64,000 bases of DNA, taken from assembly GCA_049644265.1 (NCBI GenBank), contig JBARRO010000048.1:2886-66885 (forward strand). Direction: 5' to 3'. The DNA is from Bacteroidota bacterium. GTDB taxonomy: Bacteria; Bacteroidota; Ignavibacteria; UBA10030. Numbering within the stretch: position 1 is the stretch's first letter; the number at the start of each line of letters is the position of its first letter. Position numbers and translations under genes: made by a program. The notes beneath the pieces were generated by a model. The model was not told the origin of the DNA. It ran no database searches and saw nothing but the letters and a program-made list of their open reading frames with translations. This document shows, piece after piece, positions 28,295-36,948 of the stretch.

Positions 28295-28403
28295 CCGCAA
28301 AAGTCGCCAAGGAGTCGCAAAGGGCGCAAAGCAAAAATTAATTCATGACTTTTGTCTTCTCTTTGCGATCTTTGCGTCTACTCTGCGTCCTTTGCGGTTT
28401 GCT
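28295..28403. promoter_or_regulatory. Dyad-symmetric array: 3x CGCAAAG then 3x CTTTGCG (long imperfect hairpin) between the two cyt b genes
   Basis: CGCAAAG at 28297, 28316 and 28325. CTTTGCG at 28361, 28370 and 28390, with mirrored 9/19-20-bp spacings around a centre near 28346. Either a stem-loop in the intercistronic mRNA or a binding array for a dimeric regulator. Confidence 0.4.
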
Positions 28404-28404
28404 T

Positions 28405-29175
28405 CTAAAACGTCTTCTTCCCCGTGTCCGGACCCGAAATACCTCCGTCCTTCCTTACACGCCAAAAATGGACCGCCATAAAGATTGTCGCAATGACCGG
28501 AAGAAAAATACAATGACCGACATAGAATCGAAGCAGCGTCGGAGGGCCGACTTCCGTTCCGCCGAGCAGCACGAACCGCACGTCGTTATCCGGGCGCATA
28601 CCGAGCTGTGCACCAAACGGACCTTCGTGTCCAAGCAGCGGAGTTGCACGCGCCATGTTCGTTCCAACCGTCACCGCCCATATCGACAACTGGTCCCACG
28701 GAAGGAGATATCCGGAAAAACTCAGAAGGAATGTCAACACGAGCAGGAGCACACCGACCACCCAGTTGAACTGGCGGGGTGGTTTGTACGATCCGGTGAG
28801 GAACACGCGGAACATGTGCAGCATAACCGTCAGGACCATCGCGTGCGCAGCCCATCGATGCATGTTGCGAATAAGTGGACCGAACGGGACGTCGTTCATC
28901 AGGTACTTCATGTCCTCATACGCGTACTGAGCAGTCGGCCTGTAGTAGAACATCAGGATGATGCCGGTGATCGTGAGGATAAGAAAGAGAAGAAACGTAA
29001 TACCACCCATTCCCCATGTGTATCCGATGTTCGTTGCATGGCGCGGAACTCTGACAGGATGCAGATGGAGAAAAACGTTGTCGACAATCTGGAGAGCGCG
29101 GTTCCGCTGCGTGTCCTGATAGGAATGCCGGAAGATCGATTTATAGACTTCAGTTTTCTTGAAGGATTCAAGCAT
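28405..29175 (-). CDS. Cytochrome b (b6-like, N-terminal haem-binding subunit)
   Basis: 256 aa, four TM helices with paired His ligands ([12 protein letters not shown]...; HFWRVRK). Confidence 0.85.
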   Translation of the reverse strand: MLESFKKTEVYKSIFRHSYQDTQRNRALQIVDNVFLHLHPVRVPRHATNIGYTWGMGGITFLLFLILTITGIILMFYYRPTAQYAYEDMKYLMNDVPFGPLIRNMHRWAAHAMVLTVMLHMFRVFLTGSYKPPRQFNWVVGVLLLVLTFLLSFSGYLLPWDQLSIWAVTVGTNMARATPLLGHEGPFGAQLGMRPDNDVRFVLLGGTEVGPPTLLRFYVGHCIFLPVIATIFMAVHFWRVRKDGGISGPDTGKKTF

Positions 29176-29190
29176 CGAATAAATCTCCTC

Positions 29191-29886
29191 TTAACCTGTG
29201 TACGGCAGGAATGCACCCGGCTTGGTCCATTCCCCCTTTTCATACAAGAACTTGACGCTCCGGTCGATTTCAAGCTCACCGTCGTCCGCCAGGCCGATCG
29301 AAGCGCGTTCGAGGGGCCGCGGCGCAGGGCCTTCGAAATTCATTCCGGTCTTGTAAAATCCGCTTCCATGGCAGGGACACTTGAATTTGATATCAGAGGG
29401 AAGCCAGCGGGGTGTACAGCCAAGGTGTGTGCAAATGGAGATGAGGGCGTAGAAACCCTCTTTCTCGCGGATGATCCAGACCCGTTTTTCATCCTTAAAT
29501 TTTTCGCTGACCTCGCCGACCACAAAATCCTGGGGAAATCCTGCCTTGAACTTCGTGGAGGGTTCAAACAGAACGCGGGGAAACATGAAGCGCAGTGCGC
29601 CGACCGTGGAGGTGACAATGAATCCGAGAAAGCCGAGCCATCCGACAACGGAAAGCAGGTTCCGCCGACTCATGCGCCAGATGCCGGGGTCTTTTTCCGG
29701 AGCGCGATCCTGCTTGGCTTTTCGTACGGGGGAAGTTGTCAGCTGGGGAGCCGGTTTCGGCGGAGGTGCAGCCGCAGGCTGGTTGGCTGACGCGATATCG
29801 GGAACTTGATCTGACATTGACATTCCTTCGTGCTTTAAAGAGTGTCGAATTCGATGAGCGGCGCCATTCACGAACGGCGTCCGCAA
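29191..29886 (-). CDS. Rieske [2Fe-2S] iron-sulfur protein
   Basis: CTHLGC ... CPCHGS cluster-binding boxes and one TM anchor. Likely true start at an internal Met (MSMSDQV). Confidence 0.9.
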   Translation of the reverse strand: MRTPFVNGAAHRIRHSLKHEGMSMSDQVPDIASANQPAAAPPPKPAPQLTTSPVRKAKQDRAPEKDPGIWRMSRRNLLSVVGWLGFLGFIVTSTVGALRFMFPRVLFEPSTKFKAGFPQDFVVGEVSEKFKDEKRVWIIREKEGFYALISICTHLGCTPRWLPSDIKFKCPCHGSGFYKTGMNFEGPAPRPLERASIGLADDGELEIDRSVKFLYEKGEWTKPGAFLPYTG

Positions 29887-29893
29887 TCAACCG

Positions 29894-30220
29894 TCAGGCT
29901 GCGGCAGCAACCTCATCTTCCCTCTTCACCATGTCGATGGTTTCCCACGGACAGTACTTCGCGCACAGCTTGCAGCCAATGCAGATCTCTTCGTCAACAA
30001 CAACGATTCCGTTCACACTGACGTAACCATGCTCCTCAGGATTCTCAGGCCCGGGAATCTTGTACAAACAATCCACGGGACAGAATTCAATGCACACTTC
30101 GCAACCGGTGCATCCTTCGGGATGGACAATGGCCACGAGAGGAGATTTTTTTTTCTTTTTTGGCGCGGGAGGAGACGCGGGCTTGATGCTTGGTAAAGAT
30201 GCTATCGGGGTATCACTCAT
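29894..30220 (-). CDS. 2[4Fe-4S] dicluster ferredoxin heading the bc-type operon
   Basis: Two CxxCxxCxxxCP motifs (CTGCEVCIEFCP, CIGCKLCAKYCP). N-terminal Pro/Lys-rich tail encoded across an A6GA9 tract. Confidence 0.8.
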   Translation of the reverse strand: MSDTPIASLPSIKPASPPAPKKKKKSPLVAIVHPEGCTGCEVCIEFCPVDCLYKIPGPENPEEHGYVSVNGIVVVDEEICIGCKLCAKYCPWETIDMVKREDEVAAAA

Positions 30221-30396
30221 TTACCGTTCTTGAGAATTCCGCGAGAGTGGGTGCGATTTTTTCCTCTGATAATGCTCCAATATAGCTATGGGTGTTCCTA
30301 TTGTCAAGAAAAATTCCAGGAATCATTCCTGCGAACGTCGTTCCGACGACTTTCATGTCAATCGTTTACGGTGTCAATTTCATTTCCCCCTTTTGA

Positions 30397-32154
30397 TTGA
30401 ACCTACAGGTCATTGTTGCTACTGTCATTAATGGGTGCCTTGCACACGGCTCGTCAAAATGCTATATTGACACGGTTCGAGGAGCCACGTATCACTTTTC
30501 GGAAACCTTCCCCATGACCTGGATCGACTACAAGGACCTCAACATCACCGATGGAGCATTTAGTCGGTTATTCCTCGACTATATCGGCGATTACCAAAAG
30601 GTTCAGAAATTCTACGGCGGCAACTTCCGGGATGAGAGCGCCTGGCGCTCCGTGCTGGAAAAAGTCTCAAATCGTGCGATGGATCGCGGGCCGATCGTCC
30701 AGATCCTCTCCAACCAGAACCGCAATTTCCAGTGCGGCATCAAGACTTTGGCGAATATCGACCTCCTGTTGAACGACAACACCGTTGCCGTCGTCACGGG
30801 ACAACAGGTCGGCCTCTTTACGGGTCCCCTCTATACCATCTACAAAACCCTGACGGCGATCAAACTCGCGGAGCAGATCAATGCAAAGTACCAGGACTAT
30901 CACGCTGTGCCGGTGTTCTGGCTGGAGGGCGAGGATCACGACTACGAAGAAGTGACCAGGATTAATTTGATTAATGGATCGAACGATCTGGTTCATATCG
31001 AATATCCTCTTGAAGCGAAGAGAGAAAAGAAGAACGTCGGGGCGGTCGGGAAAATTGAATTTACGGACTCGATCAACGACCTTTTCGGAGCGATCGATCA
31101 GACGCTCATCCAGACGGAGTTCAAGCCGAAGGTTTTGGACCTCTTCAAAACAGCGTATCAGAAGGGAATGACCTTCAACAAAGCCTTTGTGCATTTGATG
31201 AATGTTCTGGTTGAAGACTCGGGATTAATCTTTTTCGACCCGAACGATCCCGATGCCAAGAAACTCGTAGCTCCCATTTTCCAACGGGAGATCACGGATA
31301 CGCCGAAGATCGGACAGCTCGTGATCGACCAAAGTGTAGAGCTCGAAAACATTTACCATGCACAGGTGAAGCCCCGCTCGATCAACCTTTTCCTTTTTCA
31401 TGGAGGCGGACGGTATCCCATCGAGCCCCACCCAGACGGCTACTCACTAAAAGGAACCCGCCAGCATATCACGAAGGAAGAGATGAGCGGATTTCTTAAG
31501 AATTCGCCCGAGCTGTTCAGTCCGAATGTTGTGCTCAGACCGATATGTCAGGACTGGCTCCTCCCCACCGCCGCCTACGTAGCAGGACCCTCGGAAGTCG
31601 CTTATTTTGCGCAATTCCGGCCGTTGTACGAAGAATTCAACATACCCGAGCCAATCATTTATCCGCGGGCAAGTGTGACAATACTTGAAGAAAAGGTGGA
31701 GAAAGTGTTGACCCGGTTTGCATTGCAGGTCACACAGTTTTTTGAGGATGTGGAGTTTCTGAAGCAGAAGATCGCGGTGCAGATTTCGGATTTCAAAGTC
31801 GATGAACTCTTCGCCAGCACCAACGGCGCCATCGAAGAATCTTTGAACAGTTTGCGAAGCGGGATGCAGACCATCGATCCAACCCTTATGGGAGCGCTCG
31901 ACAACACACTCGGAAAGATCAAATCCCAGATCGATGTGTTGAAAGAGAAGACCCTTGCTGCGCAGAAGCGTCAGCACGAAGTCTACCTGCGTCAAATCGA
32001 CAAGGCAGCAATTTTCCTGTTTCCGAACTCAAACTTCCAGGAGCGCGAGCTGAACGTGCTGTATTTCTTGAATAAGTATGGATTGGAATTTGTGCGATGG
32101 CTGAATAATGAGATAGAGATTGATAAGTTTAAGCATCAGGTGGTGAAATTGTAG
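30397..32154 (+). CDS. bshC: Bacillithiol biosynthesis cysteine-adding enzyme BshC
   Basis: VVTGQQVGLFTGPLYTIYKTLTAIKLAEQ...VPVFWLEGEDHDYEEV closely matches the B. subtilis BshC/YllA signature as recalled. True start probably MTWIDYKDL (~30514), preceded by a TTGACA-N17-TATCAC promoter-like element. Confidence 0.85.
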   Translation: MNLQVIVATVINGCLAHGSSKCYIDTVRGATYHFSETFPMTWIDYKDLNITDGAFSRLFLDYIGDYQKVQKFYGGNFRDESAWRSVLEKVSNRAMDRGPIVQILSNQNRNFQCGIKTLANIDLLLNDNTVAVVTGQQVGLFTGPLYTIYKTLTAIKLAEQINAKYQDYHAVPVFWLEGEDHDYEEVTRINLINGSNDLVHIEYPLEAKREKKNVGAVGKIEFTDSINDLFGAIDQTLIQTEFKPKVLDLFKTAYQKGMTFNKAFVHLMNVLVEDSGLIFFDPNDPDAKKLVAPIFQREITDTPKIGQLVIDQSVELENIYHAQVKPRSINLFLFHGGGRYPIEPHPDGYSLKGTRQHITKEEMSGFLKNSPELFSPNVVLRPICQDWLLPTAAYVAGPSEVAYFAQFRPLYEEFNIPEPIIYPRASVTILEEKVEKVLTRFALQVTQFFEDVEFLKQKIAVQISDFKVDELFASTNGAIEESLNSLRSGMQTIDPTLMGALDNTLGKIKSQIDVLKEKTLAAQKRQHEVYLRQIDKAAIFLFPNSNFQERELNVLYFLNKYGLEFVRWLNNEIEIDKFKHQVVKL

Positions 32155-32367
32155 GTTGTCGATTGTAGATTGTCGATTGTAGATTGTAGATCGAGATGGA
32201 ACAGTTGAAAGTTGTAAGTTGAAAGTTAAGAGTTCCGAGTTGTGAGTTTAGAGTTTCCAGTTTTGCATGTTTCACTATTCACGATTTACGATTCACTATC
32301 TACGGTTTACTTTTCACCTTTCACTTTTCGCTTCTCTAGCTCCTTCACCTGCCCTAAGATCTCGCAT
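32155..32367 (+). repeat. Array of 30 in-phase degenerate heptanucleotide repeats (intercistronic bshC to ICMT)
   Basis: From 32155, unbroken 7-nt phasing: gttgtcg attgtag x4 ... gttgaaa gttgtaa gttgaaa gttaaga gttccga gttgtga gtttaga gtttcca gttttgc ... actattc acgattt acgattc actatct acggttt acttttc acctttc acttttc ... ending 1 nt before the ATG at 32366. First half lacks C, second half is G-poor. Confidence 0.85.
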
Positions 32368-32803
32368 GGACTCCATCGTTGCATCAAGAATCGGTCTGGT
32401 CGTTGCCGTTGCAAGCATGGTGACTCTTGTTTTCCGGCAATCGATCTTCGGTGTCGGGGCGGTAGCGATAGGCGTACAAATTGCAGCGGCGATTCTCATG
32501 CTTTGGGCCCGTCTTACGTTTGGCGGACGGAGTTTTCATGCATCGGCAGATCCCACAGAAGGTGGTTTGGTTACGTCGGGACCGTATCGATACCTACGCC
32601 ATCCGATTTATGCGTCCATAATGTATTTCCTGTGGGCCGCTGCATTGTCTCACTTCTCCGTTTTGAACACTCTCCTTGCAGTCGCCGCAACATCCGGCCT
32701 CCTTTTGCGCATGTATGCTGAAGAGCGGTTGGTCGTGGAACGATATCCCGAGTACAGTTCTTACGCTGCCCGCACCAAACGCATTGTTCCGTTTGTTTTC
32801 TGA
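32267..32803 (+). CDS. Isoprenylcysteine carboxyl methyltransferase (ICMT/PEMT) family membrane methyltransferase
   Basis: Likely start MDSIVAS (ATG 32366). C-terminal GPYRYLRHPIY...RMYAEERLV motif diagnostic of the ICMT family. The upstream part of the listed ORF is the repeat array, not coding. Confidence 0.7.
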   Translation: MFHYSRFTIHYLRFTFHLSLFASLAPSPALRSRMDSIVASRIGLVVAVASMVTLVFRQSIFGVGAVAIGVQIAAAILMLWARLTFGGRSFHASADPTEGGLVTSGPYRYLRHPIYASIMYFLWAAALSHFSVLNTLLAVAATSGLLLRMYAEERLVVERYPEYSSYAARTKRIVPFVF

Positions 32804-32818
32804 CTCCATGACTCTCCC

Positions 32819-34099
32819 TTAGTGCGTCAAACCCTGCAGGATCCTCCAGAATCCGGGGAAAGAAATATCCACGCATTCGGCGCCCTTGATCGTGATTCCC
32901 GGAATGCTCAATCCCGCAACGCCAAACGCCATCGCAATACGGTGATCGAGAAAGCTGTCGATCACCCCCCCCCTTAACTCATTCCCCGCTTCAAAAGCAA
33001 ACCCATCCGGATATTCTTCAACATCGCAACCAAGAATCTGCAAATTTCTTACGATGGACGCGATCCGGTCCGACTCCTTATGACGAAGCTCCGTTGCATC
33101 ACGAACTTCAAAATATCCTTCTCCAAACAAAGCGGTTGTGGCGAGGATAGGGATTTCGTCGACCAAGGCGGCTACCTTTGAACCCCGAATTGAGATGTCG
33201 GATGTGAGATTTGAGCTTCGGGCAACGATGTCTCCAAACGGCTCCCCTCCCGCTAACCTCTCGTTCTCGATTTCGATCTTTCCCCCCATTTCTTTGAAAA
33301 TATTCAGGACAGCCGTGCGTGTCGGATTGAGACCGGCGTTCGACACCCGCACCTCGGAATTCTTGAGAATCATCGCAGCGGCAATGAGAAATGCGGCGGA
33401 CGAAAGGTCTCCGGGAACCACAAACTTTTTTCCTGGAATCCGTTTCCCTCCTTCTACCTCGACGATGCGAACTCCGACCTTCTCCGTGACTCTAAGATCC
33501 AGCATGCGCTCCGTGTGATCACGGGTTTTCGACGGCTCACGTACTACTGTCGTCCCGTCAGCGTACAATCCCGCAAATAGAATTGCCGATTTCACCTGAG
33601 CGCTCGGAACCAGCAGGGCATAATCAATTGCATGGAGCTTTTCCGTGCCGCGAATCGAAATCGGCGCGGTTCCCAGGGCTGTCCCCGTAATCCGCGCCCC
33701 CATTTGACGCAACGGATCGACGACACGCTTCATCGGTCTACGACTGAGGGATTCGTCGCCAATCAAAACCGAGTCAAATGTCTGTCCGGCGAGAATTCCT
33801 GCCATCAGACGCATCGTCGTGCCCGAATTGCCGGCGTCGAGGTCTCCCACGGGCTTGTTGAGACCACGCAATCCCTTTCCGTGAATGAGCAGCAGGTCGC
33901 TTTTCCGTTCAAACTCGACGCCGAGAGATTTCAGGCAGGCCTGCGTGCTTTTCGGGTCTGCAGCACCGGAAAAGCCGCTGACCTCAGAGAGCCCGTCTGC
34001 CAGCGAACCGATCATCAACGCCCGGTGCGAGATGGATTTGTCGCCCGGGACGGTAACCGTGCCGCGGAGAGAGGATGCGGGGGTGATTTCGAGGTTCAT
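32819..34099 (-). CDS. aroA: 3-phosphoshikimate 1-carboxyvinyltransferase (EPSP synthase)
   Basis: 426 aa. GDKSISHR, LDAGNSGTTMRL and later conserved EPSPS motifs. Confidence 0.9.
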   Translation of the reverse strand: MNLEITPASSLRGTVTVPGDKSISHRALMIGSLADGLSEVSGFSGAADPKSTQACLKSLGVEFERKSDLLLIHGKGLRGLNKPVGDLDAGNSGTTMRLMAGILAGQTFDSVLIGDESLSRRPMKRVVDPLRQMGARITGTALGTAPISIRGTEKLHAIDYALLVPSAQVKSAILFAGLYADGTTVVREPSKTRDHTERMLDLRVTEKVGVRIVEVEGGKRIPGKKFVVPGDLSSAAFLIAAAMILKNSEVRVSNAGLNPTRTAVLNIFKEMGGKIEIENERLAGGEPFGDIVARSSNLTSDISIRGSKVAALVDEIPILATTALFGEGYFEVRDATELRHKESDRIASIVRNLQILGCDVEEYPDGFAFEAGNELRGGVIDSFLDHRIAMAFGVAGLSIPGITIKGAECVDISFPGFWRILQGLTH

Positions 34100-34251
34100 C
34101 CTGGGATTCGGGGGTTTAAAGCCATTTCACAGAGGACACAGAAGTTCAAAACCGAAAATGAAAATGATATGAGATGGATTCCAAACCATTCAATCACAAT
34201 CTCTTCTCTGTGACCTCTGCTTCTCTTTGTGATCTCTGTGAAATGTTTCTA

Positions 34252-34299
34252 TTAAAGAAAAATCCTCACACCGATGGAAAGTCTTTCAGCGTGAGGATT
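34252..34299 (-). terminator. Intrinsic terminator downstream of pnp
   Basis: Minus strand: AATCCTCAC-(21-nt loop with internal GAAAG/CTTTC)-GTGAGGATT followed by TTTTTCTTT. Confidence 0.6.
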
Positions 34300-34317
34300 A
34301 ACGAACAAGAAAAAGGA

Positions 34318-36501
34318 CTAGCGGTGAGGCCTGCGGTCTCTGTCCCCACGGGGCTTTCCGCGGTCGCCTGAGCTACGACGCTCGGCTGCTTTTGCCATTT
34401 CCTCCGCTGCGTTCTCGCCACCCGGCAGAAGCGCTTTGCGACTCAGACTAAGCCGTCCTTCTCTGTCGATCGCCATCAGCTTGACTTCGATAACATCGCC
34501 AAGTTTGACGAAATCGTCGACCTTCTCCACACGCTTCACATCGAGCTGCGAGACATGAACGAGACCCTCTTTCCCCGGAAGAATCTCCACGAACGCGCCG
34601 AAGTCCATGATCTTCTTGACGGTGGCCTTGTAGGCCTTTCCAACCTCTGGCATTTCGATAATGCTGCGAATGTACTTAAGGGCAATTTCGGCGGATTCCT
34701 TCTCCACTGCAGCGACCGTGACCGTCCCGTCATCGTCAATGTTGATCTCCGCGCCGCTGTCCTTCACCAGTTGGCGGATATTCTTGCCGCCCGGACCAAT
34801 CAGCGTGCCGATCATATCGACCGGAATCATGACTGTCTGCAACCTCGGAGCAAACCGCGAAAGTTCGGCTCTCGGTGCGGAGATGGTCTGGGACATGACC
34901 TGCAGAATATGCATCCGACCTTCCCGGGCCTGAGCAAGCGCCTGCTCAAGAACGTCGAATGAAATCCCCTTAATCTTGATGTCCATCTGGAACGCGGTAA
35001 TTCCTTCCGTCGTGCCAGCAACCTTGAAGTCCATGTCGCCAAGGTGGTCTTCATTCCCGAGAATATCGCTCAGGATAGCGACCTTGGAACCTTCCTTCAC
35101 AAGTCCCATGGCAATGCCGGCGACCGGACGTCGCATCGGGACGCCCGCGTCAAACAACGCGAGGCTGCCTGCGCAAACCGTTGCCATCGACGAGGAACCG
35201 TTCGACTCCAGGATGTCCGAAACGATCCGAAGGGTGTAGGGGAAATCCTTCTCTCCCGGCATGAGTTTCTTCAACGAACGCTCCGCCAGGTTTCCATGAC
35301 CGATTTCACGCCGTCCCACTGCTCCTACGCGACCGACTTCACCGACGCTGAACGGCGGGAAGTTGTAATGCAGCATGAAGCGTTTCGTGGTTTCCGGCAA
35401 GAGTCCGTCGATCATCTGCTCGTCCATCTTGGTACCGAGGGTCGCCGACGTCAAGCTCTGAGTCTCGCCTCTGGTAAACAATGCCGACCCGTGCGTTCTG
35501 GGCAGCAACCCAACCTCGCAGGTGATCGGGCGGATGTCTTTTAGACTGCGCCCATCGAGGCGCTTTTTTTCATTGAGAATCGTGGACCGCATCGCATCTT
35601 TTTCAATATCATGAATCAACTCGTCAATCAGGCCTTCCTTCTCGGGGAATTGTTCCGCGAGCGCGGTCTGGATATCCGTATAGACCTTGTTCGTCTGCTC
35701 CGAGCGATCTTCCTTCGTCAGGACCGTTTTGCTGAGTTCCTGGAGACGTTTCGCCGCAAGCGTTTTGACCTCTTCCAGCAATCCTGCGGGGATTTCCGGT
35801 TCGGCGATTGCACGCACGGGTTTCTTGATTTCCCGGGCGAGTTCTTTCTGAAGAGCACACAGTGTCTTGATCGCATCATGACCGACCCGCAATGCTTCCA
35901 GCATGTCGGCTTCGGAAATCTCGGAGGATTCGCCCTCCACCATCACGATGGAATCGTCCGTCCCTGCGACTGTGACATCCAGGTCGCTTCGTTCCAGCTC
36001 TCCAAACGTCGGGTTGATAATGAATTTCCCGTCCACACGCCCGACACGTACTTCGGCAATCGGTCCGTCAAACGGAACGTCGGAAATGAGCAGGGCAGCG
36101 GACGCTGCACATGCGCCAAGAATGTCGCCGTCATGTTGCATATCCGAGGAATACACTGTCACCAACAGCTGAGTTTCGTTCCGGTAATTCTTTGGAAACA
36201 TGGGCCGGATCGGCCGGTCAATCAGCCGTGAGGAAAGGATTTCCTTCTCGGTCGGTCGTCCTTCCCGCTTGAAGAATCCACCAGGAATCTTGCCGGCTGC
36301 CGCCGTCTTCTCACGGTATTCCACCTGCAGAGGGAAGAAATCCTTACCCTCTTTCGGTTCACGTGCACTCACCACCGTGGCGAGCACCATCGTGTCGGCA
36401 TATCGAACCATCACAGCACCGTCCGCCTGTTTGGCGAATCTGCCTGTTTCGAGTGAAAAAGTCTTTCCGCTCAGCTGTACTTCTTTTTGAACCATCGTCA
36501 T
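34318..36501 (-). CDS. pnp: Polyribonucleotide nucleotidyltransferase (PNPase)
   Basis: 727 aa. Two RNase PH domains, KH and C-terminal S1 domain. Canonical position after rpsO. Confidence 0.95.
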   Translation of the reverse strand: MTMVQKEVQLSGKTFSLETGRFAKQADGAVMVRYADTMVLATVVSAREPKEGKDFFPLQVEYREKTAAAGKIPGGFFKREGRPTEKEILSSRLIDRPIRPMFPKNYRNETQLLVTVYSSDMQHDGDILGACAASAALLISDVPFDGPIAEVRVGRVDGKFIINPTFGELERSDLDVTVAGTDDSIVMVEGESSEISEADMLEALRVGHDAIKTLCALQKELAREIKKPVRAIAEPEIPAGLLEEVKTLAAKRLQELSKTVLTKEDRSEQTNKVYTDIQTALAEQFPEKEGLIDELIHDIEKDAMRSTILNEKKRLDGRSLKDIRPITCEVGLLPRTHGSALFTRGETQSLTSATLGTKMDEQMIDGLLPETTKRFMLHYNFPPFSVGEVGRVGAVGRREIGHGNLAERSLKKLMPGEKDFPYTLRIVSDILESNGSSSMATVCAGSLALFDAGVPMRRPVAGIAMGLVKEGSKVAILSDILGNEDHLGDMDFKVAGTTEGITAFQMDIKIKGISFDVLEQALAQAREGRMHILQVMSQTISAPRAELSRFAPRLQTVMIPVDMIGTLIGPGGKNIRQLVKDSGAEINIDDDGTVTVAAVEKESAEIALKYIRSIIEMPEVGKAYKATVKKIMDFGAFVEILPGKEGLVHVSQLDVKRVEKVDDFVKLGDVIEVKLMAIDREGRLSLSRKALLPGGENAAEEMAKAAERRSSGDRGKPRGDRDRRPHR

Positions 36502-36554
36502 TGTAATTTTTCTTTCAATCGGGCAGGGCGAATTCCCTGCGCGTCATTATGCGT

Positions 36555-36824
36555 TTACTTGCGGATATCCAACTCTTGAGTAATTTTGCGATACCGATTG
36601 ATATCCTTCTTCATCAGGTACGCAAGAAGTCTCCGGCGCTTGCCGACAAGCTTGAGAAGACCCAACCGTGAGTGGTGGTCCTTGACATTCTTGTCAAAAT
36701 GCGGAGAGAGACCGTTGATATGGGCCGTAATAATGGCAATCTGCACCTCGGGGGTGCCGGAGTCGTTGGCTCCCTTGCCGTATTTCTTCACAAATTCCTG
36801 CTTCTGTTCCTTGGATACTGGCAT
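36555..36824 (-). CDS. rpsO: 30S ribosomal protein S15
   Basis: 89 aa, characteristic GS-x-EVQ...HLKxHxKDxHSRRGL pattern. Followed on the minus strand by a GCAGGG-cgaatt-CCCTGC hairpin (36524-36541) before pnp. Confidence 0.95.
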   Translation of the reverse strand: MPVSKEQKQEFVKKYGKGANDSGTPEVQIAIITAHINGLSPHFDKNVKDHHSRLGLLKLVGKRRRLLAYLMKKDINRYRKITQELDIRK

Positions 36825-36948
36825 TGCTGCTCCTTATGATAAATGAAATATTTTTCTAGCGTCGTATTCTAAATTGCCACGAGAAGTCACAAAAAACACA
36901 GACTCAAACCTTTGTGCATTGGGTGTGTTTTTGTGGCTCACAACATGG

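Noticed and set aside
28345-29790. 481-aa plus-strand ORF spanning the cyt b/Rieske region
   Set aside because: Antisense to two well-supported minus-strand genes (cyt b with His ligands, Rieske with CTHLGC/CPCHGS).
36524-36541. GCAGGG-cgaatt-CCCTGC hairpin between rpsO and pnp as a terminator
   Set aside because: On the transcribed strand it is not followed by a U-tract (CCGATTGAAAG...). It is more likely an RNase III or attenuating stem as at the rpsO-pnp junction of other bacteria. Noted in the rpsO evidence only.
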